Part shown: one piece after another, positions 39,288 through 51,310 of the stretch | Layout: every line of letters begins with the position of its first letter | How positions within the stretch are numbered: the first letter of the stretch is position 1 | NCBI RefSeq assembly: GCF_018977255.1 | Contig: NW_024704742.1 | Location: 39,310,001 to 39,374,000, forward strand | Direction: 5' to 3' | Origin: Callorhinchus milii | Taxonomy: Eukaryota | DNA: 64,000 nt | Position numbers and translations under genes: made by a program | Notes under the pieces: generated by a model | The model's input: the letters and a program-made list of their open reading frames with translations, nothing else | The model's database searches: none | What the model was told of the DNA's origin: nothing

Positions 39288-39784
39288 GAGGAAGAATAGA
39301 GGGTTTTCAGAGATAGATTAGGAGATGTGGAGGTTCATGTGGTGTAACAACACCAGCACAGCCTAGTTGGGTTAAGTAGCCTGTTCCATTTTTTCAGTGT
39401 TCTACCACATTTTATGTAACTGTAGCACTGTACCAGTACGGCCACACAGTCATGCGAGAATCACAAAGTGTACTCACCTCCTGTATCTATGCATTGTAAA
39501 AAATGTTTTGGGCTTTCCAGAAGTGAGTTTCTTGGTAATTCTGCGAAAGAACAACATTTTATTCAATTTTGAATTGACAGTAACCCAGTAAAGATTTCAG
39601 ACAGGATAAGACTATCCATTCCACCCAACAATTTTCATCTCTAAATCTAATAACTTGGAGACTCTTCAGTCGACAGTAACTTGTCTGTTCCTTTATGAAT
39701 TCCTTTTTAGTTGCTTGGTTTAACCACTTTTATTGCTGGTCTGTTCTACACACCACTCAGGATTTTACTAAAAATATGATTTCT

Positions 39785-40090
39785 GGGCAGGGCAAACCTT
39801 AGGTATGTTTTCTTGCTCCGCACGCCTTTGTTTACCTAGCATTAAGTAGAAACCTGGTTATCAACCGATTGGAGGATCACTTTCTGGAGGTAATAATTTC
39901 TTCAAATAAATAAATAAATTGGTCATTCAGTCCATGATTGCTTGTGGGACACTACTGTGGGCAATTGGTTGCTGGGTTTCATCCCCAAAATATAGTCAAT
40001 TCACTTTACAATATATTCTGTGAAGTGTTTTGACATATCTCAACAAAGTGGTAAGGTACAATATCAAATGCAAGGATTGTTATAATTATG
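39785..40090 (+). mobile_element. tRNA-Ala SINE, long form, 5'-truncated
   Basis: GCCTTTGTTTACCTAGCATTAAGTAGAAACC block, Deu-like block and tail. Confidence 0.85.
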
Positions 40091-41759
40091 TTTCCTTCAT
40101 TTCCAATTTATTTGTTCTCTTTGGACATTTTTGACATGATGCCAGGCTCCTAATAATTTATAAAATGATACACAATTGTGATCCCCAACCCAATTCCTGT
40201 GGCACCTCATTAAAAAAGACATCATGCTGCATACCTCACACTATAGCATAGGATGACTCGTTCCCCGAATGCCAGCCATTTCCCACACCTTTTAGCCTTT
40301 TATTGGTTATTAATAACATAATTAAGGCCACTTCTAATTCCCTATGCACACACATATTTACACATGATTTAAATTAATTGAATACTTAAATGCCCCTTTA
40401 GGAAAATAATGATTAAAATGTATTCATTACACTATGTTCTTTTGGAATACTGTATAAATATCAATTAGTGCAATTAGACTTTCCATTGTGCACCGTGAAA
40501 ATTATACTTGACTTAAATTATTACCTCAATTAGTCTATATTTGTTAAAGTTGAAGAAGGTAGACATGAATGGAGTGAATGGGATAAAGATTTCAATATTT
40601 AATACTGAATGAACATTATTGCTGGGAACATAGAGTGCTAAAAGAAATATACTGGATCAAAAACGTATTTGAATGTGTTTTGCAGAAACGCTTACAGTTC
40701 TGTTCTGTTCATTTTCCCTTTACCACAATCTAAATGAAATTCTTCCAATGTCAAGAATTATACAGTAAATCGTCTTTGAGTTAAATCTTGTTAAACGAGC
40801 CCGGCTTCTATTTACACTCCAAACTCAATCAAACACAAACACACGTCATACAAATATACTTTTTCTTAATATGATTTGGAATTCACATAATACAATGTTT
40901 CAAATATATCTAAAATGTTACTGCATTCACAGCCTATCTTGGCTTTTAACTGTAATTATTGTAGCTATAAAAACATGACTTGGATACACTACTTTGTTAA
41001 TAGAGTCAATATTTTTATACTGGATATGGTGGATTTGTGAAACATGAATAGATTCTCTCTAATAGCTGCAACACTGTGAACATTGATGTGGGTAGTTTAT
41101 GTAACTAGAGATGGAGTTGATGCCTTTAGCTGAAGGTGTTGGTTTATTTAGGAACAAGAATAGTTCAATAATTACTGTACATATATTTGTGAGCATTGGT
41201 AAATACAAAAATGCTTTTTAATTGTCAAGAACAAAAATAATCTATTGACATTTTAAAGTTAGCAAATTATTAATTCATTAAGATATGAATGAAGACAGCA
41301 GTGACATTGAGTTTATGCTAAAAGTGGAAGCATTACCAAACTGTCAGTCCATTGGCCTTTAATGTAAGAGGATAAGGGTCATATCCTGCTGACAATAAAT
41401 CATGACCACCTTGAACTGTAAATGGAGAAAACACAATGGAACTTCAGAATTAAAAGGTAAGTTTTTATTCATGTGTAAATTACTTTGTATTTTTGTATTG
41501 TATTGCTTAGGTTGCCAGTCGCAAATACAGTTGTGCGAATTATCCTTGTGGAAAGAGTTAATTGTCTTAAAATTAATTTATAAAGTAAAAATATTGAGCA
41601 GAGGACGTGCAAAATGATTCAAATTATGATACTGTGTCCATGACAGATTATACAGTGGCTAGGTTCAGGCCTCAAATGGTCTTATCACTCAATGTTTCAC
41701 AATAGCCTTTAAAATGTATTTGCTGGCAGCCCTGATGTTACAGTGGATAGAGTTCCATT

Positions 41760-42050
41760 TTACGGACCAGGAGCTTGCTGCTCTACGGTGAGTTTCCTGG
41801 TCTAAGCCATAGCTGCATGGAATTTCCTAACTGTCCCCCGCTTTCCCAGGGATAGAGAGGGAAAAAAACAACCAGGGTTTGCTTTTTTGCTCATGATCCC
41901 TATTCAGCACCCTCTACTAAATTGTGCATTTGTGGGGCATCCGAATGGAAGATATGAGGTTCAGCTGTGATGCTCTCGAAGGTCGAATGACCCGCTGACA
42001 CTCACAGTCAGTGTTCACACATGAACAATGGCTACTTGAGTGGGGTATTA
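41760..42050 (+). repeat. Possible ancient SINE-like repeat fragment
   Basis: GCTGTGATG...GGTCGAATGACCCGCTGACACTCAC...CACACATGAACAATGGC resembles a repeat I recall from shark DNA; a short related piece may lie on the minus strand at ~38865-38903. Recall only. Confidence 0.4.
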
Positions 42051-42082
42051 GAAGACAGTCAGCACCAAAATAGATAATTAGA

Positions 42083-42220
42083 TACAAAACACAAAATCCT
42101 GCAGATGCTGGAATTCTGAAACAAAAATAGAGAGAGCTGAGAAAACTCAGCAAGTCAGGCAGCACCTATGGAGAAAGGAAAGTGAGTCAACATTTCGGGT
42201 CCACGACCCTTCGTTAGACC
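42083..42220 (-). mobile_element. Penelope-type terminal repeat with decayed minimal hammerhead core
   Basis: Minus strand CTAACGA-A-GGGTC-GTG-GACCC-GAAA-TGTT followed by CTCCATAGGTGCTGCCTGACTTGCTGAG...CCAGCATCTGCAG. Confidence 0.75.
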
Positions 42221-42859
42221 TTCCCCAAATAATTAGATAATTATTTGAGGACGACAAGTTTGCAGGACTATTGGGGAAAGAGCGGGGTAAAGGGATTGAT
42301 TTGGATAGCTCTTTTCAAAGAGCCTGCACAGACATAATGGGCCAAATGGTCTCCTTCTGCGCTGTATAATTCTATTACTCTATGAAATAGAGGAGATCTG
42401 ACCAAAAGAGGTATATGCCAGTGGGCAGAAAATTACAACAAGAAAGAGACACACTAAATTTAAAAATAAATAAACTATACAGTATTTACTTCTTTGCTAT
42501 TTATGCTGCAGGAAATTAGCTTTTTTCCTCCCTTACTTATGAAAGTATCATCTCTTTCATACTATGATAAGACCAATAACAACAAATAATAGAGTGAAAG
42601 AGTTCTCTGACATGGAGTTGTAATTTTCCACTGAGCAGCAATAATTTGATTTAAATTCACCAAATCAAAAACGCAAAGCAAAAATATTTCCATTGTAACC
42701 TTATCCCAACACAAGAAGTGGAATTAAATGGAGAAACATTTTGCTCTATTACTTCTTATTTTGCTATCTTGATATTGCAAAGAAAATCTTTGCTAACTTG
42801 CTAATACAGCATAAGCACAGAGAGTGTGACTCCTAGGTAGACTAACCATTATTCAAGCA

Positions 42860-43035
42860 GGCGGGATCTTGATTTAATGTCTCATCCTAAGGATGGCATC
42901 TCCAGCAATGCAGCCCTCCTGCAGCACTGCACTGGAGTGTTAGCTGGACTGTGAATTCAAAGTACTAACAAGGGGCTTGAACCTGCAACCTTCTAACTCA
43001 AAGGCAAGAGTGCTACCAACTGAGGCAGGCTGACA
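42860..43035 (-). mobile_element. Old SacSINE1-like 5' part
   Basis: Minus strand GTCAGCCTGCCTCAGTTGGTAGCACTCTTGCCTTTGAGTTAGAAGGTTGCAGGTTCAAGCCCC. Confidence 0.85.
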
Positions 43036-44411
43036 CAATTGAGCCCGACTGACAATATACAAAACTTATTAAGTGACAGTAAATAGCAATTGGTTAACAT
43101 CAACAAGTTTGCCCGCTTGAGCGTACAGAGCAGAATAACTACCACAGCTTTATCATGGCATCTATGTTTCTAATTGAGTAAGATAAAACAAAATGACAAT
43201 AGTGGATAAAGAGCACAATAAAAATAATGGCAACGAGGGTCAGATCATTTGCAGCAATTGGTTTTGCACTGAACCAAAACCAGTTTTGTCTTTGTGCCTA
43301 CATATTTAAATGTGTTTTTAACCTTTAACATTAGAGAGTGTGAAAGATGAAGCTATGAAGATTACATTGTTGCCTTTTAATGTACAGTTCTAATTTGCAA
43401 GTATCTCCCTAGAAATTAACTACAAGCTGAAGTCCAATGCTTTGTAAATGCGAAGTTATTTCAGTTTGCTCGAGAAGGGCCTTTAATAATCGCCACAACT
43501 ATAAATAACATTAACAAATTGCACGTACCTGTTGCAGTTTTAATAGTATTGTGTGTCTATTTGCTTTGTTCTGTTTTTAAACGAACAAATGTGGTCAGCA
43601 AGCAAAGACCACTGGTATACTGTTTCCTGAAAGTAAAGCTTGATTGTCAATCTATGACTGTTCAGTAGGTGGGGAGCTGTGGCCTGAACTACCAAAGAAC
43701 TAGATGGTAATTTTTTTAAAGTTGGTTGTCAAATCTTCCTGTCAGTGAAATGGACATTTGATTAATAGCATTGTAGACAAAACAGAAAGTGAGGTTCAAC
43801 AACATACAAATATGCATCGTTGTTCACAAGCTACATTGAACAAAATCCATTTCATGATGTCTTTACATTAGGAAGGCAAATGATAAAAGTCAAAATGTAT
43901 TTATAGACTAGCACTATGTGTTACAAGGATCAGATAGGAATAGCAATTTAAGATTAATGGCTCAGTTTGGTTAGATATAAACTTAGTCTTGTGGAACAGG
44001 CGTGAATTTCACTCAGCTCAATAAGGATCTTATTTCTCCAGTGGTTCAAAGTAATTTATAATTTTGGTTCAGTGCCAATTTGACCTTTGTTTCCCCTTTT
44101 CAATGTTGAAGAATATCTTTTTGTGGGAAATCAAAATCTTTTATAAATGTTTGAATGGAAACATTTTTTTTATCATTTGAACAATCTGATTGAACACATG
44201 CAGTAGAAGGAGTGTGACTGAGAAGAGGGCTGTCAGACCTAACCTTGGTTGAAGAAGCTGTTCCACTTAAGAACTTGTGGGGAATGCAATTAACCTAAAC
44301 TTATTCATCTAATACTATAGAAAGTAATTGAAAGCTAAAGCTTATTTAAACTAGGAACTGGCTCAGTGCATCTGGTGCAAGGAAATGTACTACAGACATG
44401 TCTCCATAGTG

Positions 44412-44791
44412 ATCTGTCTGCTCCCTCTGCTCAGTGGACTCTGGCCTGCTACATGTCCCCTGCCCGCCCATGGTAGGGCCTTCAGCCTTTCTGCCCACAC
44501 CCTTTGGAACTCCATCCCACAATGCCTTAGGCTCGCCCCCTCCATTGCCTTATTCTAGAACAAGAACATACATTTATATTGCGCCCTCCTCGCAGAACAG
44601 CGTATTAAAATGCTTAATCTTAAGACCCTCCTCTTTGACCATGCCTTCTGTCCATCCTCCTATCCTTATTTTCCATGGCCTTCACTCCTCCTGCTCCCAA
44701 TCCCCAGCTTGGGTGCAAATCCTTGACTATCCAGCGCCTTGAGACATCTCCTGATGTGAAAAATGCAATACAAGTGCAAATTGTTGTTGTT
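44412..44791 (+). mobile_element. L2 3' fragment
   Basis: L2 ORF2 C-terminal and 3' UTR sequence, (TTG)n tail. Confidence 0.85.
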
Positions 44792-44792
44792 T

Positions 44793-45372
44793 TAGGACAC
44801 TGGACAGTCAGGGTTTTTTGGAACCAAGCTGGGAGTTGGGATCAGGAGTGATGGAGGGGATGGGAGAGTGGCCAAAGGCACGGACAAGGAGGAAGGTCTG
44901 GACAGGACTTAAAGGAGGAAAAAGAGGGGGTGAGGTGGAGGGATTGCATAATAGAGTTCCAGAATGTGGGGGCAGCGATGCTGAAGGCACAACCAATGGT
45001 GGGACGGGAAGTGCGGGGGACCAAATGCAGGTTGGTGTCCACCGAGCAGAGGGAGCGGACAGGCTGATATGAAGTTAGGAGGTCGGAGAGGTAGGGGGGA
45101 GAAAGACCATGAAGGGCTTCGAAAATGAGAAGGAGGGTTTTGTACTCAATCCTCTGAGGGATGGGGAGCCACTGAAGCCGGGCCAGAATGGGGGTGATTG
45201 GTTCCCGGAGCCTGGTGTGGGAGAGGACACGAGCTGCAGAGTTCTGAATAATCTGCAGTTTGTGGAGCGATGAGTTGGGATGTTCAGTGAGCAGGCAGTT
45301 GGTGTACTCAAGCCAGGACGTGATGAAAGCGTGGATCAGTTTCTTGGTGGCCTGTGGTGAGAGGCAGTGGCA
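44793..45372 (-). mobile_element. L2 3' fragment, tail to tail with the previous one
   Basis: LIHAFITSWLEYTNCLL...LQIIQNSAARVL...LQWLPIPQRIEYK. Confidence 0.92.
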
Positions 45373-45581
45373 GAAAAACAACCATTCACCACTACCATTT
45401 TCTGTCTCCAGTCAACGTGTGCTAAATAATTTGCTGCAATATTCTAATTTCCAGTTCAGAAGATTTAGATGAAAAATTAGATTACTTGCGTAATTAACAA
45501 ATCAGTTATGACCATATTTTCAATTAACCATACTGCACAGGCTTGTTCAGAATAAAAATACTCAGGTTTATATATGGGAAT

Positions 45582-45815
45582 GTTTTGGGGGAGTCAGCTG
45601 AGTGTCTAACACATGCAGAAACCCATCACCATGTTTAAGAGTATCCAACCCAAGCTGAGATTTCCATGTATCCCACCTATACATGAAAATTCAAGAGACA
45701 AATTGCTGGAATGGAAATCACACTCTTTCCCTGAAGGGATGCATCCTGCTTACCTAATTCCAGAAGATATTAGTCGCAAGTTGGCAGAAGTCAAGCCTAA
45801 TGGACCCCACAGTGT
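45582..45815 (-). repeat. Family X repeat
   Basis: Reverse complement of GAATTAGGTAAGCAGGATGCATCCC...GGATACTCTTAAACATGGTGATGGGTTTCTGCATGTG...CAGCTGAC. Confidence 0.85.
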
Positions 45816-45816
45816 T

Positions 45817-46930
45817 TATCTCCTCCACCACCTCTCTCACCTCAACCTTTATGGTTCTGTCATTAATAGTTCAGATTCCTAACTCTCACACCATGTCCAC
45901 TTCATCTCCACAAATGGTTTCTCTTCTAGCCCCTGCACCGTTTTGTGCGGAGTTCCTCATGGATCTGTCCTTGATCCCTCCTTTTCAATATCTTGTATGC
46001 TCCCTCTTGGTGACATCCGAAGACATAGGGTCAATTTCCACATGTATGGAGATGACACCCAACTCTCTCTCTCTGCCTCCACCCTCAACTCCAAACCACT
46101 GCTGTCTTGACAGGCTGTCTATCAGACATCAAGTCCTGGATGAGAGCTAACTTTCTACAGTTGAACGTCAACAAGACTGATGCCCTCCTGATTTGCTCCC
46201 ATCAGCAACTCCACATCTCACACTTCAGACACTGACATCATCACCATCCATGGTTGCACACTCCACCTTACTAAGGCAGCCTAGAATCTTGGGATCTTGC
46301 TTGATCCTCAACTATCCTTCCTACCCCACATCCGCGCCATGTTCCACTCTGCCTTCCCTCATCTCTGAAACAATCACACAGCTCCACCACTGTCTCACAC
46401 CACAGGCCAACGAGACCCTCATACACACATTCATAACATTCAGGCTCAACTAAGCAAGCTCCCTGATTATCGGCTTCCCCAACTCTTCCCTCAATAGACT
46501 GAAGATCATCCAGAACTCTGCAGCCCATGTCCTCTCCCGCACCAGGCTCCATGACCCTATCACCCCCATCCCCCATCCAGCCTATCTCCACTGGCTTCTA
46601 ATCACACAGAGGATACAGTTCAAGATCCTGGTCCTCACCTTCAAAGTCCTCCATGGTCTTTCTCACCCCTACCTCTGCAAAGTTTTAAGCCCCTACCAAC
46701 CTACCCACTCCCTCTGCTCAGTGGACTCTGGCTTGCTTCAATTCCCCCGCCTTGCCCGCCCCACCATTGGTGGGTGGGCCTTCTGTCATCTGCTCCCACC
46801 CTCTGGAACTCCATCCCGCAGTCCCTGCACCTCGCCCCCTACCTTGCCTCCTTCAAGACCCATCTCAAGACCCTCCTCTTTAACTGTGTCTTTAGTCATC
46901 CTCTTTCCCCCCCTGCCCTCCACCCATCTC
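45817..46930 (+). mobile_element. L2 LINE fragment
   Basis: ATGTATGGAGATGACACC (decayed YADD), WMRANFLQLNVNKT, ETLIHTFITFRL, PTIGGWAF. Confidence 0.92.
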
Positions 46931-46937
46931 AATAACA

Positions 46938-47249
46938 ATATAATAATCCTTGCATTTGATATAGAGCTGTTCACGCCTTCTAGACATCTCAAAGCGCTTC
47001 ACAGAATATGCTGTAAAGTAAATTGACCATATATTTGTGGGCGAAACGTGGCAGCCAATTGTGCACAACAGTGTCCCACAAACAGTCGTGGATTGAAAAT
47101 GAACAATTTATTATTGTTTTGTTTTGGAATGATTATTATTAGGCGTGTGGAGTAAGGAAACTTGCCCAAGGTTTCGCCCTGCCTGGAATTGAACCCAAGT
47201 GTCTCGCTTGCAAGGCAAGTGGTCTAACCATTGAGCTACAGGACTTCAC
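46938..47249 (-). mobile_element. Young tRNA-Ala SINE, full length
   Basis: Complete head-to-tail match on the minus strand. Confidence 0.93.
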
Positions 47250-48129
47250 ATTTGCAGTACTGCACATTTACAAATTTGCAGTAAATGCTGTGAAGCACTT
47301 TCAAATGTCCTCCTGACACGTAAGGTGCTATAGCAATTTTATTATAATCCTATGTCAAAAACTACAAATTTTCTAATGATTTTCAAAAGATTTAATTTCA
47401 AAACTAGTATTAACAAAGAAAAATTTATAATATCTTGTGAATATATAAAGCAATTTCTTTCAAAGGACCCTCCTTCTCATCACTCTCATTACAAAAAGGT
47501 TAAACATTTCATTTTATGTCAGGACCTGTTCAGTTTCCAAGAAAACAGTTGTGCTATCATACAAGTAGGTGATGTGAATCCTCATATATCACATTGCTTC
47601 TGCTTTGAGGTTTTGACAGCCTGGGAGAGATATGAATCTTCAGAATGAATCACATGGGGGAATGCAATAAGAACAGGGACATAAGATTCTCTTCCATAGT
47701 GAGTGTGATAAAATCTGCCAGATTTCAAAACATCAGAACAGAACAATAAGGCACTAATTAGAACAAAGTCAGTGATTGAGGTTCTTGTTCACTTATCTAC
47801 TTTAGATGTCATCCATGCAGTACAAATGTGAAGTTGTTCTATGTTTATATTGTGGTTTTCATGGCAAGTCAAAATAGAATATGGAGTCCAAACTGGGGTT
47901 GAATGACTTGCAGGGGACCCCAAGAGTGCCAAGAGCACTTTGATCAAGTGCTTTCAGCACCACTTCAAACTGCAGTATAGAAATATGGGCCCCGCTACAA
48001 AATGCTGACCTAAATGTTCTTGGGTGGTCTATTGGAAGTCCAAAAGCTTTCAAAGGGACTATTTTTGAAATATTATTAAAGAGTTATGCAATCAGTTGTT
48101 TTATAACATTAAAAGATTAACGTGTGAAA

Positions 48130-49470
48130 TCAGAGTCCAGCAGAACATCCCAAAGTGCATTCAGAGTGTTGGATGGGCAGCCGAGCTGGAGATGGGAGTT
48201 GAGGGATGGAGAGGTGAAACATGTTCAAAAGCAGGGGTAAAGGGGTACATTTTGAGACATGCCTTGGAGAGAGGAAGCGAATCAAAGAGATTTCGACATG
48301 GAGTTCCAGAGCATGAGGGCTGAATCGCTGAAAGCAAGCCTTCTGATGGGGTAGATGGCGGGGGACATAAAGCAGGCCTGTGCTTGCTGAGGGAAGGGAG
48401 CAGCTGGTCAATAGGGTTGAAGAAGCTTGTAGAAGTGAGGAGAGGTGAGCATGTGGAGAGATTGAGGATCTTGAACTTGATCCACTGAGGGATGGGGAGC
48501 CAATGGAGGTGAGTGAAGATGGCCCTGATAGATTCACAGAGCCTGGTGCAGGAGAGGACACAAACTATGGAGTTCTAGATAGTTTGCAGCTAGTGTAGGG
48601 AAAAGCTCAGGTGTCTAATTAGCAGAGCATTGGCATAGTCAAGCCTGTACATGATAAAGATATGATCAGGGTTGTGGCATTGTGACAGGTAGAGGTAGAA
48701 GCGGGCAGTGTTTTGGAGGAAGGGAAAGCTGAGCTAGTCAGAGCATGGACGTGGGGTTTGAAAGACAGTTGGGAATCAACCAAGATTCCGCACCAGCTCC
48801 ATGAGATGGAGTGTGCATTCATGCAGGTTGATGTTTCAGCCCTGAGGTGAGAAGGCGCTGACAGGAGACCTCTGTCTTCTCAAAATTCAACTGGACGAAG
48901 TTAGCTCTCATTCAGGACTTGATAACCAACAGGCTATCAAGCCTGTTGATCGGTCAGTGGTCCTGGAATCGAGGGCAACGGCAGAGAAATAAAGTTTGGT
49001 CTCATCTGCATACATGTGGAAGGTAACCCCATGTCTGCGGATGATGTTGCTGAGTGAGAGTATATAGATAGTGAAGAGGAGAGGACCGAGACAGAGCCCT
49101 GAGGAATGCCACACGTAATTGTGTGGGGGTGGGAGGAGAAGCTGTTTGAAGAGACAAAGTGGAGATGGTCGGATAGGTAAGAGTGAAACCAGGAAAACAC
49201 AGAACCATGAAGATTGAGCAGATGAGTAGTAGTAGAGAAAGACAAGAGTGGTCAACAGTGTCGAAGGTAGCAGAGAAATCGAGGAGAGTGAGGAGGCAGA
49301 GAGATTCCCGGTTGCAGATGAAGAGAATGTCATTGGTGACTTTGACAAGGGGAGGTCTCAGTGCTGTGGATTGGGTGAAAACCGGATTGTAGGGCATCAT
49401 GCTGGGAGTGCTGGGAAAGGAAAGAGAGAAGCTGGGAAGCAATGACTTGTTCCAGCATCTTGGAAAGCAA
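48130..49470 (-). mobile_element. Older L2 LINE fragment
   Basis: LVKVTNDIL...LLDFSATFDTVDH, GIPQGS, FHMYADETKLY. Confidence 0.9.
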
Positions 49471-49966
49471 AGCCTTAAATATGTAAGTAGGTTATCTGAA
49501 AATTAATTTAATAATGTGAGGCATTTTGTGAACTTAATAGTGTCAATAGAATTGTAGAAACGTGTAAGCATCTAGGAGGTTATTACAGTTCTAAGCAGGT
49601 GAGCTGTTGTGGTCATAGCACGAGACACTGAGAAGGCCAAAGTGAGAGTCACTTACAACTGTTTAGTGAAATACAGACAGAATTTCCCTTTCTAGAAATT
49701 ATAGGGTGACACTCCACGTAATGTAATGTAATAACGTAATATGTCTTTCACATAAGAAATTAAATCAATGTCCTGTTTGTCTATTCAGGTGCATGTAAAA
49801 GATGCCATGATGATGTCTGAAACAAGAAGGGAGTTTCTTTTGGTGTTCTGGTAAACAATTCTCCAGATTAGTCAATCATTTACCCCATGATATTTTTGCT
49901 TATTTTTTTTTTGTCAGTCAAATGTTTGGCACATGTGGAAACCCATCACAATACTTAAGAGTCCTT

Positions 49967-50286
49967 TGTGGAGTCCTGCAGCTCAATGGTTAGAGCACTC
50001 GCCTCGCAAGCGAGACACCTGGGCGCGATTCCTGGCAGGGCGAAACCTTGGGCAAGTTTCCTTACTCCACACTAATAATAATCTCTCAAGAAAAAAATAA
50101 TAATTTGGGCACTCAATCAATGACTGCTTGTGGGACACTGCTGTGCGCAATTGGCTGCTGCGTTTCGCCCACAAATATACAGTCAATTCACTTTACAGTA
50201 TATTCTGTGAAGCGCTTTGAGACGTCTAGAAGACGTGAAAAGCGCTATCTCAAATGCAAGGATTATTATTATTATTATTATTATTA
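49967..50286 (+). mobile_element. Young tRNA-Ala SINE inserted into a family X fragment (minus, ~49905-49962)
   Basis: Anticodon arm CTCGC-CTCGCAA-GCGAG; TAAGAGT on both sides; family X resumes as AAGAGTATCCAAA. Confidence 0.93.
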
Positions 50287-50804
50287 ATAAGAGTATCCAA
50301 ATCAAGGGGCACAAGTCCCTTCCCTTTGATCGATGATTGCACCAGTTGAAAATGCAAAGTTTATGCAGCAGCTGTTTGCCTCCCTGGAGGCCAATCGAGG
50401 TAGATTCCAGGGCTGGATGTATGAACGTGTGTTCACAAACTCGAACTCCAGGTAACGCCTTCCAGCAGCTGTTTCTCCAAGCTTCAGAGTTTCCTCATCA
50501 GCTACCTGGTGAGCATCTGCCTTCATGGCTGTTTGTGGGACTTCACTGTGAGCAACACTGGTTGCAGCAATTCCCTAAAATAACACCCTTCTCACTTGAT
50601 AGTAATCATCTGTGAAGTGCACTGCGATTTTTTCTACTTGATCAGGCACGATAGAAATGCAAATTCTTTTTAACACTAATTGTGATGTTAAGGCCATTGA
50701 AAATGCTTTGTATTCGTGCCACATTGCAAAGTAGCTATTGTCTTTTTTGTCTGTGTAGGAGTTTTTGCTGGAAGGCTGTGCAGAACTCAGTTGCTGAATG
50801 CACA

Positions 50805-50932
50805 AGAAGAAAGTGCCCACTCCATATCAGACAAATGGAAACTATGCATATGTGGAACTCTCAGCAGTTTAGAAAGTCTTAAGCATGGTGACAGGTTATG
50901 TATCTGTCAGCCTCATGGCTCATCAAAATAAA
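50805..50932 (+). repeat. Family X repeat, decayed 3' part
   Basis: GAACTCTCAG...TCTTAAGCATGGTGACAGGTT...TGTCAG...AAAATAAA. Confidence 0.65.
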
Positions 50933-50996
50933 TAGTTCTATAAATAAATAGAAATCTCTTAGATGGGCAAGAGGGAGCAAGAGTGTGAATAAAAGT

Positions 50997-51310
50997 GTGG
51001 AGTTCTGTAGATTAATGGTTAGAGCACTTGCCTTGCAAGTGAGAGAACCTGGGTTTGATTCCCGGGCAGGGAGAAACATTGGGCAAGTTTCCTTACTTCG
51101 CACGCCTTTGTTCACCTAGCGGTAATTAGTCGATTGACGGATTGCTCAATCCACAATTGTTTGTGGGAAACTGCTGTGCACAATTGGTTGTTGCGTTTCA
51201 CCCACAAAAATATCCAGTCAATTCATTTTACAGTGTATTCTGTGAAGCGCTTTGAGACGCCACAAAGACTTGATAAGGCACTATATCAAATGCAACGATT
51301 ATGTTATTAT
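50997..51310 (+). mobile_element. tRNA-Ala SINE, partially deleted long form
   Basis: Head, GCCTTTGTTCACCTAGCGGTAA, Deu-like block and tail. Confidence 0.88.
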
